From the NCBI GenBank assembly GCA_040219255.1, contig JAVJSW010000028.1, positions 1 through 31,574 on the forward strand: a DNA stretch of 31,574 nucleotides. Reading direction: 5' to 3'. Position numbers and translations under genes: made by a program. The DNA is from Sumerlaeia bacterium. Its GTDB lineage: Bacteria; Sumerlaeota; Sumerlaeia; SLMS01; JAHLLQ01. Below, in pieces: positions 26,279 through 31,574 of the stretch (position 1 is its first letter; every line of letters begins with the position of its first letter). The notes under the pieces were generated by a model. It was given only the letters and a program-made list of their open reading frames with translations, was not told where the DNA came from and did no database searches.

Positions 26279-27061
26279 TCAGAACGCGCCGTCGGCCAAT
26301 TGTTCGAGACGGCGTCGCGACGCTTCCTCCATCCGCACCCGCCCGCGGTTGCCGGGGGCCGAGAGAAGCCCCCAGCTCGAGCGGTAGGCATCCCGCAGGG
26401 CGGATTGCGCCAGCCATTCCCGCGGGACGTTCGTCACGCGATCCGGAATGAGCAGCAGCGGCGTGATGTCTCCCAGGTCCACCGGCCTTTTCTCTCCGTC
26501 GCCAAAGGGCGAACCCCCGCCCGGACGCCCGAAAAGCGTGCGGGCGACGGCGCTGCGAAAGGCGGTGACGAGATGATAGGCCGCGTTGTTGTCGGCGCGG
26601 AAATCCTCCGCCGCCCTCAGCGCCCGCCCCAGCGACACCGGGCCCGGCTCGGTGGCGTCGATCCAGCAGTGCGCCAGCGCCGTGTCCGTGTCCATCACCT
26701 GCTCGATACGCGGCGACGCCAGGATGCGCCAAGGCGTCAGGTCGTCCGCCTGGCCGAGGATCATGGCCTGCGTGGCGTCGTTCAGCCGCAGGGCTTCCTC
26801 GTACATCTCCTTCGGGTTCATGAAAATATTGTAGAAGGCGCCGTCCACATCCCATCGCAGGAGCGGGGCGAGATGGCGCTCGGAGAACGAAACCTCGGCG
26901 CGGCGCCGGGGCGTCAGGACCTCGAGCACGGGCTCGAGGGCCCCTTGCTGGCGCATGTCGGCGCGGGGGTCGTAGCTGGTGATGGGAAAGGCGCGGACGG
27001 CTCGCGGCCCGAGGGGCCGGATGGGGCGGGATTCGGGAATGGGGCGTAGAGGAGGATTCAT
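26279..27061 (-). CDS. Hypothetical protein (260 aa)
   Basis: Fits exactly between the RDD and kinase genes, with protein-like composition and GC-rich third codon positions. No motif recognised. Confidence 0.7.
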   Translation of the reverse strand: MNPPLRPIPESRPIRPLGPRAVRAFPITSYDPRADMRQQGALEPVLEVLTPRRRAEVSFSERHLAPLLRWDVDGAFYNIFMNPKEMYEEALRLNDATQAMILGQADDLTPWRILASPRIEQVMDTDTALAHCWIDATEPGPVSLGRALRAAEDFRADNNAAYHLVTAFRSAVARTLFGRPGGGSPFGDGEKRPVDLGDITPLLLIPDRVTNVPREWLAQSALRDAYRSSWGLLSAPGNRGRVRMEEASRRRLEQLADGAF

Positions 27062-27175
27062 GGTGTGTGAGACCGACAGACTGGAGTGCCTGTGCTACAA
27101 TGGATTGCCTGGGCGGCAGGGCTTGGAATGTCGAGCCGATCGTTAGACAAATCCCCAGCGGGCCGTGTGCCCGCC

Positions 27176-28579
27176 CTACCCGGCGGGCAGCCGCACCTGA
27201 AAACATGTCCGCCCGGGGCGCGACTCGAAATTGAGGTCCCCGCCGTGGCCCTTTACCACGATCCGACGCGACGCGTCGAGCCCCAGCCCTGTTCCCTGGC
27301 CCACCGGTTTCGTGGTGAAGAAGGGCTCGAAAATGCGCGGCTTCACCTCGGCGGGAATGCCCGAGCCATTGTCCTCGATTTCCACGATCACCGTCCCGCC
27401 GTTGCGCCGCGTGCGAACCTGGATCACGCCGCCTTCCTCTGGACAGGCATGGATCGCGTTGTCCAGCAGGTTGGTCCAGACCTGGTTGAGTTGCCCCCCG
27501 ATCGCCGGCACGGGCGGCATTTCGGCGAAATCTTTGCGTACTTCGATGGCTTTCTTGCGCAGCTTGTGCGCCAGGATTGTGATCGTGTCCCGCAGACCCT
27601 TCTCCAGGTCCGTGTCCGTCTTCGTGATGGCCTGATCCATGTAGGAATAGTCCTTCATCGCCCGGACCAGACCGCTGATGCGCGAGGTGCTCTCCGTCAA
27701 ATGCCGCGCCAGCTGGCGCATTTCCACGTCCAACGCCAGCCACCCCAGAAAATCGCAGACGCAGTACTCCTCCAGTTGTTGGGCGAACTCTTCCAGCCAC
27801 TCGCGCGTGAACCCCACGCCCACCAGCGTCGCCGCCGCGTGCCACGGCTCCTCGTGTCCGCACTCTTCCAGCCAAACGCCCAGCGCGTCCTCGCGCTCGC
27901 TTTGCTCCAGAGGATCCAGCTCCACCCCGTCGAGCGCCATCCGATCCACCAGCGGTTGGAACGGGTACTCGCCTGTACCCTCCAACTCCTTGAACATCAG
28001 GCGTTTGAGCAATCTCGTGGCAAGACAGTTGAACTTTTCCAGCGTCGCCACCAAGTGCTTCGCGGTGCGTTCGGCGGCGCTGGCCGGATTGTTCAGCTCG
28101 TGCGCCAAGCCGGCGCTCATCGTGCCGAGGGCGACCAGCTTGTCCTGCTGAAGCGACGTCCGCGTCGTCTCTCGGATGCGGTCCGCCATAATGCCCACCA
28201 GTCGCTCCTCAACCACCGGCAGACGCGTCAGAAGCGCGTCGAAATCGCGCTGGAAGAACTTGGCCAGCGTCAGCCCATCGCTCGCCTCGGTTCGCACGTT
28301 CGGGAAATTCTTCATGCGCGAATGCGGCAACTTGGCGATGGTGTCGCCGCCGTGGGTCACAAGAGTCACCATGCCGGCCCGATCGTGGATGCGCAGCTCG
28401 CCCGCGATCTGGAACGCCATATAATCCGCCGCCGCGCCCGGTTCGAAGGTCCGCTCGCCCGGATCGAAAGCCAAACCCTCGCAGCGCTCCCCGATCCACA
28501 GCAAATCCTCCTCTGGCAAATCGGCGAGAATCGTGACGCGCCGCAGGTGATCCGGCGTAACGGCAAAGGACGTGGCCAT
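27176..28579 (-). CDS. Cytoplasmic sensor histidine kinase with an N-terminal cNMP-binding-like domain
   Basis: H-box AGLAHELNNP, N-box QVWTNLLDNA, DNGSGI, IFEPFFTTK and GTGLGL. The N-terminus LRRVTILADL..F.PG..AD is CAP_ED-like; no TM segments. Confidence 0.92.
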   Translation of the reverse strand: MATSFAVTPDHLRRVTILADLPEEDLLWIGERCEGLAFDPGERTFEPGAAADYMAFQIAGELRIHDRAGMVTLVTHGGDTIAKLPHSRMKNFPNVRTEASDGLTLAKFFQRDFDALLTRLPVVEERLVGIMADRIRETTRTSLQQDKLVALGTMSAGLAHELNNPASAAERTAKHLVATLEKFNCLATRLLKRLMFKELEGTGEYPFQPLVDRMALDGVELDPLEQSEREDALGVWLEECGHEEPWHAAATLVGVGFTREWLEEFAQQLEEYCVCDFLGWLALDVEMRQLARHLTESTSRISGLVRAMKDYSYMDQAITKTDTDLEKGLRDTITILAHKLRKKAIEVRKDFAEMPPVPAIGGQLNQVWTNLLDNAIHACPEEGGVIQVRTRRNGGTVIVEIEDNGSGIPAEVKPRIFEPFFTTKPVGQGTGLGLDASRRIVVKGHGGDLNFESRPGRTCFQVRLPAG

Positions 28580-28708
28580 GGCTGGGGCGCTCCGGCAGGG
28601 GGAATCGCCACCTTCGGAGGCGAAGCTCGTGCCCGCCCATGCCGTCGCTCTGGCCTTGCGCTTCTTGCTCCCTTCGTCCGTTGGTGGCCGCGAAAGGAAA
28701 GCTCCGCC

Positions 28709-29833
28709 ATGCCTCGTTCTCTTTGTCCCCTGATCCTGCTGCTCCTCGCCCTCCTTCCAGCCGCTCTCCCGGCCCAGGACCCCGCCACCGCCCATCGGGT
28801 CATCGCCCGCTACGCCGCGCTCGGGTTCGAGCACTACGAGCGCGCCACGGAAAAGGCCGAGGACCTCGAACGCGCCGTCGAAACGTTCCTCCTCGATCCC
28901 TCCGCCGTCAGCGAAACCCGCGCTCGCGAAGCCTGGACCGAAGCCTTTCGCGCCTACTGCGCCACGGAAGCCTTCCGCTTCTCCGGCAACCCCATCGACG
29001 CCGCAGCCAATGGCCCCGAGCCCATGCTCAATGCCTGGCCCGTGAACGGCAAGGTCGTCGAAACGATCGTTGTCGACACACGCCGCTTTCCCGAGCTGAC
29101 GACGGAACTCCTGCAGAAAGCCCACGCCCCCGCCAAAGCCCAGGTCACCACCGGCTTTCACGTGATCGAATACTTCCTCTTCGGCCCGCGCCCGAACGCC
29201 GAGGGCCCAGGCGCCGAACCCTTCGCCGACTTCACCCGCGCGTCCCCATCCGGCCCCCGCCGCGCCGCGTACCTGCGGCTGGCGGCGGAACTGCTGGTCG
29301 ATCAATTGCGCTACGTCACCGACCAATGGCGCCCCGGCAGCCAGGACAATTACGCCACGGCGCTGCTGCGGATGGAGGAACCGGAGGCCCTGCGGCGCAT
29401 TCTCCTGGGCATGGCCGCCCTGTCCGGCACGGCGCTGGCCGAAGACCGGCTGCCCAGCCAGCCCGCTGCCCTCATGTCCGCCATCGCGGACACGTCAGGG
29501 CGCGATTTCCTGACCAACGCCGTCGGCGTCCACATCGTCTATCGGGGCGGTTTCGACGAAGAAATCGGCCCGGGGATTTACGATTTGCTGGTGGCCGCGG
29601 GCGAGGGCGGATTGGCCGAAAAGCTCGACGCCCGCATGCAGCGCAGCGTCGCCCTGCTGGCCCGCATTCCCAAGCCCTACAGCGCCGCCGCCAGCGCCGA
29701 ACCGGGTAGCCCCGGCGCGGAAGCCAACCAGGCCGCCATCGCCAACCTCAAGGCGCAGGCGATCGAACTGGCCGAAGCCGGCCAGCGGCTCGGCGTCGAG
29801 AACCTCGCCGCCCCCGCCGAATCAGTCCAGTAG
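28709..29833 (+). CDS. Imelysin-family (peptidase M75/IrpA-like) exported protein
   Basis: Signal peptide; AREAW..A...Y..TEAFRF..PID, LNAWP, TGFHVIEYFLFG (GxHxxE) and RRAAYL. Confidence 0.88.
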   Translation: MPRSLCPLILLLLALLPAALPAQDPATAHRVIARYAALGFEHYERATEKAEDLERAVETFLLDPSAVSETRAREAWTEAFRAYCATEAFRFSGNPIDAAANGPEPMLNAWPVNGKVVETIVVDTRRFPELTTELLQKAHAPAKAQVTTGFHVIEYFLFGPRPNAEGPGAEPFADFTRASPSGPRRAAYLRLAAELLVDQLRYVTDQWRPGSQDNYATALLRMEEPEALRRILLGMAALSGTALAEDRLPSQPAALMSAIADTSGRDFLTNAVGVHIVYRGGFDEEIGPGIYDLLVAAGEGGLAEKLDARMQRSVALLARIPKPYSAAASAEPGSPGAEANQAAIANLKAQAIELAEAGQRLGVENLAAPAESVQ

Positions 29834-30499
29834 CCCCTTCGTGCTCGGCACGCCGCCCATGCGCGGGTCCTGGGAAAGCGCCTGGCGCAGCGCCCGCGCG
29901 AAGGCCTTGAACAGGCCCTCCACGATGTGGTGCGCGTTGCGGCCCCGCCGGCACTCCAGGTGCATCGTGATCCCCGCGTTGTTGCAGACCGCGCGGAAGA
30001 AATCCTCGGTGATTTCCGTCGCGTAGTTTTCGATCATGGGCCGTTGGAATTCCGCCTGGAAGTACAGGTACGGCCGGCCGCACAGATCGAGCGCGCACTC
30101 GCACAGCGCTTCCTCCATCGGCACCACCGCGTGGCCATACCGCACGATGCCCTGCTTGTCCCCCGCCGCCTGGGTCAGCAGCCGCCCGAACACGATCCCC
30201 ACGTCCTCCACCGTGTGGTGGCATTCCACGGCCAGGTCGCCTTGCGCGTGCAGCTCAATATCGAGCCCCCCGTGCTTGGCCAACAGCACCAGCATGTGAT
30301 CGAAGAACGGCACGCCCGTCGCGCCTTTGAACTCGCCCTGACCATCCAGGCAAAGGTACATGCGGATGTTCGTCTCCGCCGTCTGGCGCAGAATATCCGC
30401 CCGCCGCCTCGGGGTGCGGGGCTCGGCGGCCGGCACCTGCTGCGAACGGGTGAAGGTTTCTTCTTCGGAAATGTCGGGCATCGAGGGGTTCTTGGCCAT
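29822..30499 (-). CDS. hisB: Imidazoleglycerol-phosphate dehydratase
   Basis: RQTAETNI, TGVPFFDHML, HHTVEDVGI, PMEEAL, GRNAHHIVE and C-terminal VPSTKG. Confidence 0.96.
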   Translation of the reverse strand: MAKNPSMPDISEEETFTRSQQVPAAEPRTPRRRADILRQTAETNIRMYLCLDGQGEFKGATGVPFFDHMLVLLAKHGGLDIELHAQGDLAVECHHTVEDVGIVFGRLLTQAAGDKQGIVRYGHAVVPMEEALCECALDLCGRPYLYFQAEFQRPMIENYATEITEDFFRAVCNNAGITMHLECRRGRNAHHIVEGLFKAFARALRQALSQDPRMGGVPSTKGLLD

Positions 30500-30644
30500 C
30501 GCACGGTCCTCTTCTGAATCGATCTGACGCGGAAAGAAATCTGTCCGCGCCAGCCTCCTCGGGCAAGCGGCAAAATGCCCGCCACCCCGCGAGCGCGCCT
30601 CCCTATGACTTGACACCCGGTCTCCGCCGCCGCAGAAGTTGCAA

Positions 30645-30666
30645 TGACGTAGCTCACGCTACATAA
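30645..30666. promoter_or_regulatory. Putative MntR operator
   Basis: TGACGTAGC-TCAC-GCTACATAA: the GTAGC-N4-GCTAC palindrome matches the core of the E. coli MntR box (AAACATAGC-N4-GCTATGTTT). It lies downstream of a perfect TTGACA (30610-30615) and ~40 nt upstream of mntR. Confidence 0.65.
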
Positions 30667-30704
30667 CCTGAGAGCCGCACAACAATCGGAAGGTGTCTTT
30701 TCGG

Positions 30705-31175
30705 ATGACGAAAGCCGAAGAAAACGCCCGGCGCGCCATGCGCCAGCGCCAAGACCACGCCATGGAAAATGCCGAGGATTACGTGGAATTGATTCAGGAC
30801 CTCCAGCAGGAAATCGGCGCCGCCCACAAAAGCGACATCGCCACCCGCCTCGGCGTCAGCCACGTCACCGTCCATAAAACCATCAACCGCCTCAAGAGCA
30901 TCGGCCTCGTCAACGCCGAGTCCTATCGCGCCGTCTCCCTGACCGAAGAAGGCAAAAAGCTCGCCGAAGAATCCCGCCGCCGCCACCAGCTCGTCCTCCA
31001 CTTCCTCCAGCACCTCGGCGTCCCCCAGGCCGCCGCCGAAGAAGACGCCGAAGGCATCGAGCATCACGTCAGCAAAGACACCCTCAAAGCCATGCGCCGC
31101 TTCATCAAGGCGATGGAGAAGGACGGAGCCTTTACCCAATCCGGCGCGGAAAAGAAAGGCGGGAAGGACAAGTAG
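30705..31175 (+). CDS. mntR: Manganese-responsive DtxR-family regulator, E. coli MntR type
   Basis: EDYVELI, HTH DIATRLGVSHVTV, RRRHQLV..FL..LGV and DAEGIEHHVS; no FeoA/SH3 domain. Start is ATG 30705 or GTG 30693. Confidence 0.9.
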   Translation: MTKAEENARRAMRQRQDHAMENAEDYVELIQDLQQEIGAAHKSDIATRLGVSHVTVHKTINRLKSIGLVNAESYRAVSLTEEGKKLAEESRRRHQLVLHFLQHLGVPQAAAEEDAEGIEHHVSKDTLKAMRRFIKAMEKDGAFTQSGAEKKGGKDK

Positions 31176-31254
31176 GAATCCCTTCCACCCCTTTCGGTGT
31201 CCCGGACCCGCTGGCTCCAGCACCGGGTTACAGCTCGAAACATCATCACGAATG

Positions 31255-31440
31255 CTAATTCGCGATAAGTGTGGATGATTCGCTATTCATGCCGAGCTGC
31301 GACCCCACCGCATACGATATACCACCCACATTGTCCATGATTTGAGCACCGTCGGGAACGCTCATATCCGTCAAGCTCGCGTATTCGCCGGTGGAAAGGT
31401 GAAAGCGCACGTCGTTGAACTCGATAGAAAACTCCTTTAG
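31255..31440 (-). pseudogene. Possible 3' remnant of a lower-GC gene interrupted by the IS
   Basis: 61 open codons (LKEFSIEFNDVRFHLSTGEY...TLIAN*) follow directly from the proposed IS end, with no good start of their own. Confidence 0.35.
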
Positions 31441-31574
31441 CCCAACTTCGACAGTTGTGAGGCGATGTTTCTTGCAATTGCTGGAGTTACGTTTTTTGGA
31501 CCGTTGAAGTCGCCACTACATTCTGGAAGCGTTTTGGTCGGTTGGGGAGGCGAAGCTTGAGGGCGTGGAGCAGG
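31441..31574 (-). mobile_element. Probable right end of an IS1634-family-like insertion sequence (transposase C-terminus at 31487-31573)
   Basis: A minus-strand frame reads LLHALKLRLPNRPKRFQNVVATSTVQKT*, followed by ...CTGTCGAAGTTGGG then CTAAAG. This resembles IS1634-type C-termini and ends as I recall them; only 134 bp are visible. Confidence 0.5.

Noticed and set aside
27086-29326. ORF-track N-terminal extensions (915-aa imelysin, 716-aa kinase; also 551-aa ATPase, 494-aa permease, 582-aa RDD) read as fusions
   Set aside because: The extensions overlap other real genes or repeat DNA, and internal starts give normal-length proteins.
31225-31305. Inverted repeat GGGTTACAGCTCG...CGAGCTGCGACCC as an attC site or ncRNA
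   Set aside because: It lacks properly placed RYYYAAC/GTTRRRY cores, there is no integron context, it is single-copy, and it overlaps the probable gene remnant.

Overview
GC-rich bacterial chromosomal window, mostly ordinary genes. In order: 5'-truncated endonuclease IV (nfo); a ~2100-aa secreted modular protein (Ig-like, Cys-rich hydrophobic, TSP3-like, LVIVD and 14 FG-GAP repeats); a nitrite-ammonification locus (fused system-II cytochrome c synthase CcsBA, nrfH, and an nrfA with CXXCH at heme 1 and an EYYC active-site motif); a GT4 glycosyltransferase; a PAS-GGDEF cyclase; tRNA-Ile2(CAU); an RND adaptor plus pump; an ABC ATPase plus a single permease; three hypothetical genes; an RDD protein; an orphan cNMP-domain histidine kinase; an imelysin-family protein; hisB; and mntR with an E. 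coli-type MntR-box-like palindrome. The right edge probably holds the end of an IS1634-like element inserted in a lower-GC gene. The main unexplained structure is a family of bipartite intergenic elements with conserved, 8/9-nt-periodic CACAGAG arms around variable interiors: three clear copies plus degenerate ones. A half-dockerin motif and PT linker weakly suggest a Sumerlaeota/BRC1-like host (inference only). All family calls come from motif recognition; no searches were run.
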